This document shows positions 7,624 to 17,406 of a stretch of DNA of 64,000 nucleotides, piece after piece. The notes under the pieces are model-generated. The model searched no databases and was not told the DNA's origin. It saw only the letters and a list, made by a program, of their open reading frames with translations. Position numbers and translations under genes: made by a program. The DNA is taken from NCBI GenBank assembly GCA_019424985.1, contig JAHYYM010000007.1, positions 4,467-68,466 on the forward strand, in the 5' to 3' direction. How positions within the stretch are numbered: position 1 is the stretch's first letter; each line of letters opens with the position of its first letter. Source of the DNA: Collinsella sp. (GTDB lineage: Bacteria; Actinomycetota; Coriobacteriia; Coriobacteriales; Coriobacteriaceae).

Positions 7624-8997
7624 CTACTCGTCGCCGTCGTGCGGGTCCACAGAGCCCGCACCCGACGCCGCCGGCTTCTCTGCCGAAGGCTCGGAATCCT
7701 TCTTATCGGTTTCGGCCGGAGCGATCACGCGAATGAGCGAGATGCGCTGGCCACGCATCGACTGCACCTTAAACTTGTACCCCGCAACCTCAAACACCTC
7801 TCCGATGTCGGGCACCGAGTCGCAAAGCTCCAAAATCCAGCCGGCGATGGTCTCATAATCATCGCTTTCCTCGAGCGGCCAACCAAGCTCAATCGCGTCA
7901 TCGCACGAAAAACGCCCATCGACGAGCCACTCACGGCGCGAGAGGCGCGTGAGGTACTTGTTGTCGGGGTCGAACTCGTCCTCGATCTCGCCCACGATCT
8001 CCTCGACGATGTCCTCGATGGTGATGATGCCGGCCGTGCCGCCGTACTCATCCACGACGACCACGATCTGGTCGTGCGAGGTCTGCATCTCGGACAGCAG
8101 CGGCAGGATGTCCTTGGTGTCGGGCACAAAGGTGGCGTCGCGCAAAAAGCCGGCGATGGGCTGGTCGCCCTTACCATCGAGCGCGGGCTGGATCAGGTCC
8201 TTGATGTGCGCGATGCCCGCGACGTTGTCGGGGTCCTCGTGATAGACGGGGATGCGGCTGAAGCCGGTCTGGCGCATGGTGGACAACACGTCGGCGACCG
8301 TCTCATCGTCCTCGCACATGGTGGTGTCCACGCGCGGCACCATGACCTCGCGGGCAACGGTGTCGCCCAGGTCAAAGATCTCGTGGATCATGCGCTTTTC
8401 CTCGTCGAGCAGGTCGTCCTGCTCCGAGACCATGTACTTGATCTCTTCTTCCGAGACGTTCTGACGGTCGTCGGCACTCTTGATGCGCAGAATGCGGGCC
8501 AGGCCATCGGAGCAAGCGCCGGTCAACCACACGAGCGGACGGGCAATCTTTTGGAAAAACGACAACGGTCCCACGACCTGCTTGGACACGCCCTCGGCGT
8601 TGGCCAGGCCGATGCGCTTGGGGACGAGCTCGCCGATCACGATGGACACGAAGGCGACCGCGACGGTGATGATGACCGGCGCCAGGCCACGCGCGATGGC
8701 GGAGAGCGGCGCGATGCCAAAGCTCATGAGCCACGTGGCAAGCGGGTCGGACAGGCTCGTCGAGGCGACGGCGGACGAGGCGAAGCCCACGAGCGTGATG
8801 GCGACCTGGATGGTGGCCAACAGCTGATCGGAGTCGGCGGCGAGCTGGACGGCGCGCTCGGCGCGCTTATCGCCCTCCTCGGCATCGTGCTCCAACACGG
8901 CGCGCTTAGCCGTGGTGAGAGCCATCTCGGACATGGAGAAGTAGCCGTTGATAAGCGTCAGGACGAGCGTGGTGATAAGGGAGATGGTTATGTCCAT
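7624..8997 (-). CDS. CNNM/HlyC-CorC family transporter (DUF21-CBS-CorC_HlyC), putative Mg2+/Co2+ efflux
   Basis: DUF21 TM domain (LINGYFSMSEMAL), CBS pair, and C-terminal CorC_HlyC (WLVDGRFSCDDAIELGW...ETIAGWILE). Confidence 0.85.
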   Translation of the reverse strand: MDITISLITTLVLTLINGYFSMSEMALTTAKRAVLEHDAEEGDKRAERAVQLAADSDQLLATIQVAITLVGFASSAVASTSLSDPLATWLMSFGIAPLSAIARGLAPVIITVAVAFVSIVIGELVPKRIGLANAEGVSKQVVGPLSFFQKIARPLVWLTGACSDGLARILRIKSADDRQNVSEEEIKYMVSEQDDLLDEEKRMIHEIFDLGDTVAREVMVPRVDTTMCEDDETVADVLSTMRQTGFSRIPVYHEDPDNVAGIAHIKDLIQPALDGKGDQPIAGFLRDATFVPDTKDILPLLSEMQTSHDQIVVVVDEYGGTAGIITIEDIVEEIVGEIEDEFDPDNKYLTRLSRREWLVDGRFSCDDAIELGWPLEESDDYETIAGWILELCDSVPDIGEVFEVAGYKFKVQSMRGQRISLIRVIAPAETDKKDSEPSAEKPAASGAGSVDPHDGDE

Positions 8998-9107
8998 CGG
9001 GAGTTTCTCGAACCTCCAAGATTCGGGACGTTAGGGTAAAACGTTGATGACGGATACGGCAATTGCACCGGCGCCCAAACGAGGACGCGGGCGCGCAGGC
9101 GTGGTCG

Positions 9108-9809
9108 CTAGATTACGAAGAGAATCACCGCCATGAACTGGAAGATGCTGCCGGCGAGCACCCACAGGTGAAACACGCTGTGCAGATAGCGCACGTTTTT
9201 GGCGATATAGAACGGCACGCCCACGGTGTAGCACACGCCGCCGACGGCGAGCAGGGCAAGCGCCACGGGGTTGAGCAGCGACACGAGCTCGGGCAGCTTA
9301 AAGACGACGAGCCAGCCCATCAGCAGATAGACCAGGCCGCTTACCCAGTGCGGTTGACGCTCGCGCATAAAGCACTCCAGCGCGATGCCGATAATGGCGA
9401 TGGCCCATACGGCAAAGAACAGCATAGGGCCGCCGTCGTTTGCGAGCGTGATGAGGCAAAACGGCGTATAGCTGCCGGCAATGAGCAGGTAGATGCAGCT
9501 GTGGTCGATGATGCGAAACACACGCTTGGCGCCCGCGGGCTGAATCGCGTGGTAGAGCGTGGAGGCTAGGTATTCGAGGATAATGCTGACGCCATAGACA
9601 ATCGCCGCGGCCATGTGGGCCGGGCCTCCGCCACGCAGGGCAGCGAATACGATCAGGAGCACCAGGCCCGCGATACCCAGCAGGCAGCCGACACCATGGG
9701 TGACGGAGTTCATGATCTCCTCTCCCACCGTGTAGTGCGGAATGGCCGCGGTCTTGGGCCGCGGCTTGGAACTGTCGCTCGAATCGGACATGCCGGTTAC
9801 ATCCTCCAA
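9108..9809 (-). CDS. Hemolysin III / PAQR family membrane protein
   Basis: 7-TM protein with EEIMNSVTHGVG, LYHA, DHSCIYLLIAGSYTP and HSVFHLWVL motifs. Confidence 0.85.
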   Translation of the reverse strand: MEDVTGMSDSSDSSKPRPKTAAIPHYTVGEEIMNSVTHGVGCLLGIAGLVLLIVFAALRGGGPAHMAAAIVYGVSIILEYLASTLYHAIQPAGAKRVFRIIDHSCIYLLIAGSYTPFCLITLANDGGPMLFFAVWAIAIIGIALECFMRERQPHWVSGLVYLLMGWLVVFKLPELVSLLNPVALALLAVGGVCYTVGVPFYIAKNVRYLHSVFHLWVLAGSIFQFMAVILFVI

Positions 9810-9899
9810 TGTAAAGAGTTCTCAACACTATATCAAAGCGTCTGGGTACGTGCGAAATTTGCACCATACGTGTCCCTTTGTTTACCCATTCTTTGCTTG

Positions 9900-9928
9900 T
9901 TGACGCATCAACGGCGAACATCCATAAT
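9900..9928 (+). promoter_or_regulatory. Sigma-70-like promoter for the hydrolase gene
   Basis: TTGACG (9900-9905), 17 nt, CATAAT (9923-9928), in an AT-rich divergent intergenic region. SD AAGGAGA lies before ATG 9978. Confidence 0.5.
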
Positions 9929-9977
9929 GCGCTTGTTTTAAATGTTGATGTATTAACATCTATAAGGAGAACCGTAA

Positions 9978-10943
9978 ATGCCTCAAAGCGCACACCCCCA
10001 TCGGAAGCTCAAGATAGCCGGCGTTGTTGCGTTGGTGCTCGTCGTCGCGCTGCTTGGATTTGCCGGCAACTTTTTGTTTGACTTTGCCCTGAACCCCCAA
10101 GCGCCGTACACCATGAAGATGATGCAGGATAGCAAGAACGACAAAGAAGGTGAGCAGCCGGATGCCGAGGACACCGAGGCGCGGGCATGGTTTAAGGAAA
10201 ACCGCAAGAGCAGCAGCCTCACCGCAGATGACGGAACCGAGCTCGCCGCTTGGTATTTTGCCGCCACGGAGAACACCCACGATTACGCCGTCTGCCTGCA
10301 TGGATATACCAACGAGCCCATCGGCATGGCCCGATACGCCAAGCGCTTCCACGACCGCGGCATGAACGTGCTCGCGCCTGCCGCCCGCGCCCACGAGCGC
10401 TCCGGCGGCGACTATATCGGCATGGGCTGGCCCGAGCGGCTCGATGTCGTTGCATGGATCGAGCAAATCGTTCAGGCTGACCCCGAGGCGCGCATCCTGG
10501 TCTTTGGCGAGTCGATGGGTGCGGCAACCGCCATGAACGTCGCGGGGGAATCTCTGCCCACAAACGTGAAATGCATTATCGAGGACTGTGGTTATACGAG
10601 TGTTTGGGACGAGTTTTCTCTGCAGCTCAAGGACGTGTTCGGCCTGCCCAGCTTTCCCTTGCTCGATGTAGCAAACTTGGTGTGCAACGTGCGCGCGGGC
10701 TACGACTTTCATACGGCGAGCAGCGTGGAGCAGCTTAAACACGCGACGGTTCCCATGCTGTTTATCCACGGCGACCGGGACACCTTTGTGCCGTACGACA
10801 TGCTCGACCAAAACTACGACGCGTGCGCCAGCAAGGTCAAGCAAAAGCTCACCATCCATGGCGCCACCCACGCCAAGAGTGCGCAAGTTGACCCCGAGCT
10901 CTACTGGAATACGGTCGACGACTTCCTCGGAAAGATTTTTTAG
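9978..10943 (+). CDS. Membrane-anchored alpha/beta hydrolase (S9/S33-like)
   Basis: N-terminal TM helix, nucleophile elbow GESMGA, downstream HGDRD and a C-terminal His. Confidence 0.8.
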   Translation: MPQSAHPHRKLKIAGVVALVLVVALLGFAGNFLFDFALNPQAPYTMKMMQDSKNDKEGEQPDAEDTEARAWFKENRKSSSLTADDGTELAAWYFAATENTHDYAVCLHGYTNEPIGMARYAKRFHDRGMNVLAPAARAHERSGGDYIGMGWPERLDVVAWIEQIVQADPEARILVFGESMGAATAMNVAGESLPTNVKCIIEDCGYTSVWDEFSLQLKDVFGLPSFPLLDVANLVCNVRAGYDFHTASSVEQLKHATVPMLFIHGDRDTFVPYDMLDQNYDACASKVKQKLTIHGATHAKSAQVDPELYWNTVDDFLGKIF

Positions 10944-10980
10944 GCAAAAAGCAACGTCCGGGGCTTTATCTGACCCCCTA

Positions 10981-11113
10981 TTTTCGGAAGTATGCGGCAA
11001 AATCTGGAACTGCCGACCAGACCGCAGTTTTATCAACAATTTATCAGGGGTTTTGTTGCCAAAAAACGTCGTGTGCTCGGCGGTCTCGAAATTTGCCGCA
11101 TACTTCCGGAAAA
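10981..11113. repeat. 133-bp element with ~22-bp terminal inverted repeats (MITE-like / long hairpin)
   Basis: ttttcggaagtatgcggcaaaat (10981-11003) versus atttgccgcatacttccggaaaa (11091-11113). Confidence 0.55.
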
Positions 11114-11147
11114 CCGCCCGCGAGCGCTGTGCTCGCGGGCGGCTTTT
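11114..11147. terminator. Bidirectional GC-rich terminator between convergent genes
   Basis: 12-bp perfect stem ccgcccgcgagc / gctcgcgggcgg with loop gctgt. A-run before and TTTT after. Confidence 0.7.
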
Positions 11148-11194
11148 GCTCGACTTACGCCACAAAGTCACTTGATATGTTCAATAGCTAGGTG

Positions 11195-12400
11195 CTACTT
11201 GACCTCGATGAGCTCATACTCGCTCGTGCCCAGGCCGATCTTCTCGGCATGCGCGATGCACGCGCGCCAGTCGGTGTCGGGATGCGTGATGCAGAAGGGA
11301 TCCTTGGCCTGCTCGCCCTCCAGACGCTCGTGATTATGCTCCATCTTGGCCGCGCTGTCGGTAAGCTCGGTGTTAGGCAGCGGCTCGGACGCCAGGACGG
11401 CGTCGGCGCAGGCCTGGTCGATGGCGACCGGGTCGAAGCTCGCGAACATGCCGATGTCGTTGACGATGGGCGTGTCGTTTTCGGGATGGCAATCGCAGTT
11501 GGGGCTGATGTCCATGGCGAGCGAGATGTGGAAGCTCGGACGGTCCTGAACAATGGCCTTCGTGTACTCAGCGATCTTGTAGTTGAGTACGTCGGCCGCG
11601 GCATCATAGTCGGGCTTGATGCAGTCCTGGTTGCACGCCGCAATGCAGCGTCCGCAGCCCACGCAGCGATCGTGGTCGATGGCGGCCACGTGCACCGTGC
11701 GGGCGTTGCCGTTGGCAAGCTCGCGCTCGCGGGTGTCGTCAAACGAGATAGCGTTGTGCGCGCAGATCTTTTCACAGGCACGGCAGCCAATGCAGTGCTC
11801 GGTCGCGACGTTCGGCTTGCCGGCGGCATGCTGCTCCATCTTGCCGGCACGGCTGCCGCCTCCCATACCCAGGTTCTTCATGGCGCCGCCAAAGCCGGCC
11901 TGCTCATGGCCCTTAAAGTGGGTGAGGCTAATCACGATATCGGCATCCATGAGCGCCTGGCCGATCTTAGCCTCGTGCACGTACTCTCCGCCCTCGACCG
12001 GGACGAGCGCCTCGTCGGTACCCTTGAGGCCGTCGGCGATGATGACCTGGCAGCCCGTGGCGTACGGGGTAAAGCCGTTCTGGTAGGCGGTATCGATGTG
12101 CTCGAGCGCGTTTTTGCGGCTACCGACATAGAGCGTATTGCAGTCGGTAAGGAAGGGCTTGCCGCCCAGCTCCTTCACGACATCCGCGACGGCGCGGGCG
12201 TAGTTGGGGCGCAAAAAGCTCAGGTTGCCCAACTCGCCAAAGTGAATCTTGATGGCGACGAACTTGTTCTCAAAGTCAATCTGCTCGATACCGGCGTGAC
12301 GGATGAGGCGCTTGAGCTTGTCGAGCTGGCTCTCGCGAGCATGCGTGCGCAGGTTGGTGAAGTACACCTTAGCGGGTGCTGCGGGTGCAGTTGCGGTCAT
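11195..12400 (-). CDS. DUF362 domain-containing iron-sulfur protein (two 4Fe-4S ferredoxin motifs)
   Basis: DUF362-like N-terminus (FVAIKIHFGELGN, FLTDCNTLY). CIGCRACEKIC and CVGCGRCIAAC. Confidence 0.8.
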   Translation of the reverse strand: MTATAPAAPAKVYFTNLRTHARESQLDKLKRLIRHAGIEQIDFENKFVAIKIHFGELGNLSFLRPNYARAVADVVKELGGKPFLTDCNTLYVGSRKNALEHIDTAYQNGFTPYATGCQVIIADGLKGTDEALVPVEGGEYVHEAKIGQALMDADIVISLTHFKGHEQAGFGGAMKNLGMGGGSRAGKMEQHAAGKPNVATEHCIGCRACEKICAHNAISFDDTRERELANGNARTVHVAAIDHDRCVGCGRCIAACNQDCIKPDYDAAADVLNYKIAEYTKAIVQDRPSFHISLAMDISPNCDCHPENDTPIVNDIGMFASFDPVAIDQACADAVLASEPLPNTELTDSAAKMEHNHERLEGEQAKDPFCITHPDTDWRACIAHAEKIGLGTSEYELIEVK

Positions 12401-12486
12401 AGATATATCCCCTCGGTCTATATGGCGTTACAGACATAGAGGATGGTACCCGTTAAAGCGGGGTTGAAGTCAAGCGCCGCACCTGG

Positions 12487-12613
12487 CCACTCATTGGGGA
12501 CAGACTTAAATGAGTGCCGCCAGGGACAGCCCTTGTCAGCCCGGCCGGCGAGCGGGCAGATCGGCAAAGACTGTCCCCGATGACTAGTCGTTTAGGAACG
12601 TCCCCGATGACTA
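12487..12613. repeat. Mosaic CATTGGGGAC-core repeat element (three modules) abutting and overlapping the ABC permease stop
   Basis: Module ccactcattggggacagacttaaatgagtgcc is also at 51381-51414. Hairpin gggacag..cttg...caaagactgtccc. Module gactagtcgtttaggaacgtccccgatgactac is homologous to 16165-16196. Confidence 0.7.
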
Positions 12614-15277
12614 CTCTTGCACCTTGAGGGCCTCGGCTAGGCTGACGTGCTTGATAGAGCGCGTGTGTAGCAGCGCCACGACGAGGTAAGTTGCAAAGCC
12701 GATGCCCACGCACGCCGCCATGGACCAAGTGGGCACGTAAATCTCGATATTGCCGTTATAGGCGAGCAGCATCGAGCGGAAGATGGCCGTGAGCGAGCCA
12801 ATAATGACCGGCAGGCTCAGCACGAGCGACGCCGCCACGCACAGCGTGATCGAGCGGATGTACAGATGCGAGATCTCGCTATCGCGATAGCCAAAGACTT
12901 TCATGTAGCTGATCGAACGGGCACTGTGGTCGATCACCGCTTTGGTCAGCAGGTACATAAACAGCAGGAAGATAAACACCGCGAGCCCGATCATCATGCC
13001 GATCATTTTGCTCATCATGCCGATAAACTGGTCGCCCACGGCGCGCATGTCGTCGGGCGTGGTGTCGCCGGCAAAGTAGCGCGCGTCGAGGTCGAGCTTC
13101 TCGTCGCTCACATAGCCGTTAAAGTAGGCGGCGTCGTTGTCGAACAGCTCGTTAAAGTCGTTGATACTCATATAGATATTCATGTCCGACTTGGAGCCCC
13201 AGACACAGTCCTTGCCCGCGTACTCAAGGGAATAATGCTCGCCCTCGTACTTGTCGCTGAGCGCGACCTTCTGGCCCTCGCTCCAGCCAAACTTGTCGAG
13301 CAGGCCGCCGCCAAAGACAACGCGGCCGTCGCCGACATCGAGGTTCTTCCAGTAGCGCGAGTTGGGCGAGATGCCGTAGACAGAGATGGCCTCTGTGCCG
13401 TTTCCCTCGCCTCGGTCGTATTGCAGCTGGTAGACGGCATATTTCTCGGCCTGCGCGATTGCGCCCGCGCCGTTGTCGGTCGTATTGACCGGGTGGATAT
13501 CGTCGTTGTCAGTGTCGATTTTCGACGCCTTGTCGATCAGGTCGATAGCCTCATCGCGGTCGCAGCCGAGGGCATCGGCAAGATCGTCAAGGCGCGCGTA
13601 GAGCGCATCCCTCTTGTCCTGGACCTTGGCGAGCGCATCCTGCGCTGCGGCCAGGCTCTCGGCAGACGGAGATGCGTTCGCGGCGTCGGCTGCCGCCTGC
13701 GCCGCATCGGCCGCGTCGTCAAGCTCGTCATCGGCATCCTGGGCGGCGGAAAGCAGCGCGCCGTCAACCGACTGCAAGCGCTCGAGTGCCGACCACTGCT
13801 CGCGCTCCTCGGCAGTGCCCTCGAGCTCCAGCGGAGCCTTAAGCGTGTACTGGTGCTCGGCGACCAGGCTCGTCTCGAGGTTGTCCGCGTAGTGCGTCAT
13901 CGTGGGCAGAATCGCCAGGCCAAAGAGCAGCAGCAGCGAGGCAAACGCAATGCCCACGAAGAGCGTGGCGAAGTTGCCCAGGTTGCGCAGGAAAACGCGC
14001 AGGCGAAAGCGCGAGACAAAGCCCATGCGCTCCGGCAGCTGCATACCGCGCTTGGTGCCCGACTTACCGCTCGCCTCGTGACGAAGGAACTGCAACGGCG
14101 TCTTGCCCATCTTGCGAAGCAGGCCCACCAGCGTGATGAGAATGAGCGCGGCGGCGGGAACCACGGCACACTTCACGAAGATCTCCCAGCTCCAGTACAC
14201 CTGGAAGGGCGGCAGGCTGTACGAGCCGTAGTAGAGACCGCGCATGGGCTCGGTAAAGAACGCAACGCCGAGTGCGGTGCCCAAAAGCGCCGCGACCACG
14301 CCCACGATGGCGGGAAGTGCCAGGTAGTGCAGCACGATCTCGCGGCGGCGATAGCCGCTGGCGAGCAGCGTGCCGATGATGGCGCTCTCCTCCTCGATGG
14401 TGGCGTCGGTGAGCACCACAAAGACAAACGCCATGATCACGATGATGATGTCGAGCAACGTCATCCACATCATGGAGTCGCCGTCCACGTCGTCGCGCGC
14501 ATAGCCAATGCCCTGGTTGGAATCGGCATCGATCAGATCGTCCACGCGCGCATCGGCATCGGTCAGCGCCTCGACCATATCCTGCTCCGCATCGATGCGA
14601 TCCGCGGTGGGGAGGTCGCGATCGGCAAAGGTGAAGGAGTAGGTGTAGGCAGGCGCGCCGCCGGCATCCTCGAGCGCGGCAAAGCCGGCATCGGTGACCT
14701 CGGCCACGCCGTACGTGATGGTGTTCACCGTAAAGTCCGAATTGTTGAGGAACAGCGCCTGGCTATCGGGCTGGGTCATGATGCCGCAGATGGTGTAGGT
14801 GCGGCCCTCAAGCTCGACCTTATCGCCGATGGCGAGGTCGTTGTTGGTGGCGAAGACACGGTCGATTGCCACCTCATCGTCCGCCTTGGGCTGCCTGCCC
14901 TCACAGTAGGACGCGATATCGACCTTGGTGCGGTGCGCATAGGTGCGCAGCGTGCGTTTGGTGCCGTCGTCGCCGGCGGTCTTTTTGATGATGGCATCGA
15001 TGGAGAAATTCTTGTAGAGCGTGACGCCGCCGACGTCGTCGGCTGCATCCTTGGCTGCCTTGAGCTGGTCTTTGGTGGCCTCGAAGGAGGTGGTCACGCG
15101 GCCGTCCTCAATCGTGTACGCATCGCGCATGTCGTCGATAAGGCAACCGATGGAATGCGCCGCGAGCAAAAAGCCCGACGTGAGGGCGATGCTTCCGCAC
15201 ATAAGCAAAAAGATGCCCAGGTACTTGCCGATATTGCGGCGCAGCTCGCGCGGGAGACGTTTTGCGAGAGGTGTCAT
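12611..15277 (-). CDS. MacB/FtsX-type ABC transporter permease (two FtsX halves)
   Basis: ~890 aa with two 4-TM FtsX-like blocks and a large acidic coiled-coil insertion. ATG 15277 is 9 nt after the ATPase stop; an alternative TTG is at 15292. Confidence 0.8.
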   Translation of the reverse strand: MTPLAKRLPRELRRNIGKYLGIFLLMCGSIALTSGFLLAAHSIGCLIDDMRDAYTIEDGRVTTSFEATKDQLKAAKDAADDVGGVTLYKNFSIDAIIKKTAGDDGTKRTLRTYAHRTKVDIASYCEGRQPKADDEVAIDRVFATNNDLAIGDKVELEGRTYTICGIMTQPDSQALFLNNSDFTVNTITYGVAEVTDAGFAALEDAGGAPAYTYSFTFADRDLPTADRIDAEQDMVEALTDADARVDDLIDADSNQGIGYARDDVDGDSMMWMTLLDIIIVIMAFVFVVLTDATIEEESAIIGTLLASGYRRREIVLHYLALPAIVGVVAALLGTALGVAFFTEPMRGLYYGSYSLPPFQVYWSWEIFVKCAVVPAAALILITLVGLLRKMGKTPLQFLRHEASGKSGTKRGMQLPERMGFVSRFRLRVFLRNLGNFATLFVGIAFASLLLLFGLAILPTMTHYADNLETSLVAEHQYTLKAPLELEGTAEEREQWSALERLQSVDGALLSAAQDADDELDDAADAAQAAADAANASPSAESLAAAQDALAKVQDKRDALYARLDDLADALGCDRDEAIDLIDKASKIDTDNDDIHPVNTTDNGAGAIAQAEKYAVYQLQYDRGEGNGTEAISVYGISPNSRYWKNLDVGDGRVVFGGGLLDKFGWSEGQKVALSDKYEGEHYSLEYAGKDCVWGSKSDMNIYMSINDFNELFDNDAAYFNGYVSDEKLDLDARYFAGDTTPDDMRAVGDQFIGMMSKMIGMMIGLAVFIFLLFMYLLTKAVIDHSARSISYMKVFGYRDSEISHLYIRSITLCVAASLVLSLPVIIGSLTAIFRSMLLAYNGNIEIYVPTWSMAACVGIGFATYLVVALLHTRSIKHVSLAEALKVQE

Positions 15278-15285
15278 GGCGCCGC

Positions 15286-16011
15286 CTACCAATCGAGCTC
15301 GGCGGCCGCGACGGGCGACTCGTTGAGCTCGTCCTCGACGATGCGCCCGTCGCGCAGGCGCAGCACGCGATTTGCCATGCGCGCGATGGCGGCATTGTGG
15401 GTGACAATGATGATGGTGCAGCCGTAGGTGCGGTTGACGTCCTCCATGAGCTGCAGAATTTCTTTGGACGTCTTGTAGTCGAGTGCGCCCGTTGGCTCGT
15501 CGCAGAGCAAGAGGCCCGGGTTTTTGACGAGCGCACGGCCGATGGCGCAGCGCTGCTGCTGGCCACCCGAAACCTGACGCGGGAACTTGTTGCGGTGCTC
15601 GTAGAGGCCCAGCGAACGCAACAGGTCATCGACATTGAGCGGGTTTTTGGACAGGTGCGCCGTGACCTCGATGTTCTCCTTGATGGTGAGATCGGGCACC
15701 AGGTTGTAGAACTGGAAGACAAAGCCCAGCTCACGGCGTCGGTATTCGCCCAGGTCGGTAGGTTTGAGCACTGTGAGGTCGCAGCCGTCCACCATGATGG
15801 AGCCGCCGTCGGCATCCTCCAGGCCGCCGATCAGGTTGAGAAAGGTCGACTTGCCCGAGCCCGAGGGCCCCAACATGACGCAGATCTCGCCGCGGTTGAT
15901 GGACGTGTCGATGCCGTCGAGTACCGTCAGGCGTGCATCTCCATCGCCGTAGTGTTTCTTGAGCCCGTTGACCTGGACGTAGGCTTTCTGCGCTGCCATG
16001 TCATCCCCCAT
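15286..16011 (-). CDS. ABC transporter ATP-binding protein (MacB/LolD-like)
   Basis: Walker [10 protein letters not shown], signature SGGQQQR, Walker [13 protein letters not shown]. Confidence 0.9.
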   Translation of the reverse strand: MGDDMAAQKAYVQVNGLKKHYGDGDARLTVLDGIDTSINRGEICVMLGPSGSGKSTFLNLIGGLEDADGGSIMVDGCDLTVLKPTDLGEYRRRELGFVFQFYNLVPDLTIKENIEVTAHLSKNPLNVDDLLRSLGLYEHRNKFPRQVSGGQQQRCAIGRALVKNPGLLLCDEPTGALDYKTSKEILQLMEDVNRTYGCTIIIVTHNAAIARMANRVLRLRDGRIVEDELNESPVAAAELDW

Positions 16012-16093
16012 TGTTAGCCTCTTGCTACTTTATGAGCATAATAGTAAACCTGGGCGAACTATTTTTGGAGCGAGGCCTGGAATTTATTTCAGA

Positions 16094-16196
16094 CTAGTCA
16101 TTGGGGACAGCTCTTGCCAGTCCGGCCGGCGAGCCGGCGAATCGGCAAAGACTGTCCCCCAACAGCTAGTCGTTTAAGAACGTCCCCAATGGCTAG
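16094..16196. repeat. Complete ~103-bp palindromic CATTGGGGAC-core element
   Basis: Ends ctagtcattggggac (16094-16108) and gtccccaatggctag (16182-16196) are inverted. Inner stem ggggacagctcttgcc / ggcaaagactgtcccc. It lies 5 nt after the permease stop. Confidence 0.75.
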
Positions 16197-16200
16197 GCGG

Positions 16201-17406
16201 TTAGGCGCGGGATTTGTTGTGCGCGAGGGCTAGGCCTACGGCGGCGATGGCAGCGGCAAAGAGCACCGTGACGCCCAGGTCGCAGGCGATGTCGCCCAGC
16301 ACGGTGGACGTCAAATCAGAGGCAAGCGCCTTGCCGATCGCGTCGTTCACCCAAAACGTCGGCACAAAGTGCGCCACCGTCTGCACGGCCGAACCCATCA
16401 GCGACAGCGGCATCCAGGCGCCGCCCAAAAACGTCATGAGCATGCCAAGCAGGTTGCCCACACCGTTGAGCAGCTCCTCGCGCGCACCCAAACTCGACAA
16501 CGCAAAGCCAACGGCCAGCGGCGTACACGCCAGGGCAAACGTCGCTGCCAGTGCCAGGCATACACGGCCCACGCCGACCTCGGCGACCGCGCCGGCAAAG
16601 CCCACGACACCCATCATGCTCGACACAAACCAGATACAGACGGTAAGCACGGCGGCGGCCGCAAACACGGCAAGCGAACGTTGGCGCTCGGGGATTGGGC
16701 CGGCATCCATGCGGCGCACGCGCTCGGGCTCGTTCATGCCCGAGAACACCAATCCCACCGACACGATGACCGACGAGATGATCGCGTACGCGCCAAAGTT
16801 GAAGTACGACTCGAGTGGGGCGACGGCAGTCGATTCGACCTTGACCTGCTCGATCTGGACCTCGGCGCGCTTGGCGGCAGCGTGCTCGGCGGCCTTGGCG
16901 ACCTCGCCGTCGGAAGCAGCTGGCTCAAGTGCCGCCGCGGCGCCCGCAAGCGAGATCCACCGCGAGGCCTCGGCAGACGAGAGCGCCGCCGCCATGGTGC
17001 CGGAGCCGTACGTCACATCGAGCTTGGGCAGTTCTTTCCCCGCACGGGCGGCCGCAACGAGGTCGTCCTCAAACCCCTCCGGGATAAAGAACACGCAATC
17101 GGCGCTGCCCTTGGCGCTGTTACTCTTGGCGAGCGCATCCGCAAGGTCGTACGTGTCGTCACCAACGCCCGTGACCAGGTCAAAGCGTGAGCCTAGGTGC
17201 TTGGTAAGCGCCCGCGAAAGGTCGCTATTGTCGCGGTCGACCACGATCACATTGGTGTCGTAGGGCTTGTACTCGGTAAGCTGCGACGAGTTCCAGCTCA
17301 CCGAGGCCGCGATGAATACGCCCATGAGCGAGATGAACACCGTATAGATGAGCAGGTAGAACGGGTGCGCCAGCGCCATGCGAAGCGCGGTCTTAAAGGT
17401 GCTCAT
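16201..17406 (-). CDS. ABC-2 type transporter permease
   Basis: N-terminal TM, large extracytoplasmic loop and C-terminal 5-TM block. Overlaps the upstream permease by 14 nt. Confidence 0.75.
   Translation of the reverse strand: MSTFKTALRMALAHPFYLLIYTVFISLMGVFIAASVSWNSSQLTEYKPYDTNVIVVDRDNSDLSRALTKHLGSRFDLVTGVGDDTYDLADALAKSNSAKGSADCVFFIPEGFEDDLVAAARAGKELPKLDVTYGSGTMAAALSSAEASRWISLAGAAAALEPAASDGEVAKAAEHAAAKRAEVQIEQVKVESTAVAPLESYFNFGAYAIISSVIVSVGLVFSGMNEPERVRRMDAGPIPERQRSLAVFAAAAVLTVCIWFVSSMMGVVGFAGAVAEVGVGRVCLALAATFALACTPLAVGFALSSLGAREELLNGVGNLLGMLMTFLGGAWMPLSLMGSAVQTVAHFVPTFWVNDAIGKALASDLTSTVLGDIACDLGVTVLFAAAIAAVGLALAHNKSRA

Noticed and set aside
12866-15427. Long antisense ORFs opposite real genes (also for example 4036-5391, 7297-9039, 29053-31299, 41022-42368, 42675-44384, 48014-49510, 56860-58611)
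   Set aside because: These are typical high-GC shadow ORFs. Their translations are Arg/Ala/Gly/His-rich with no recognisable domains, while the opposite strand encodes clear homologs with motifs and SD sequences.
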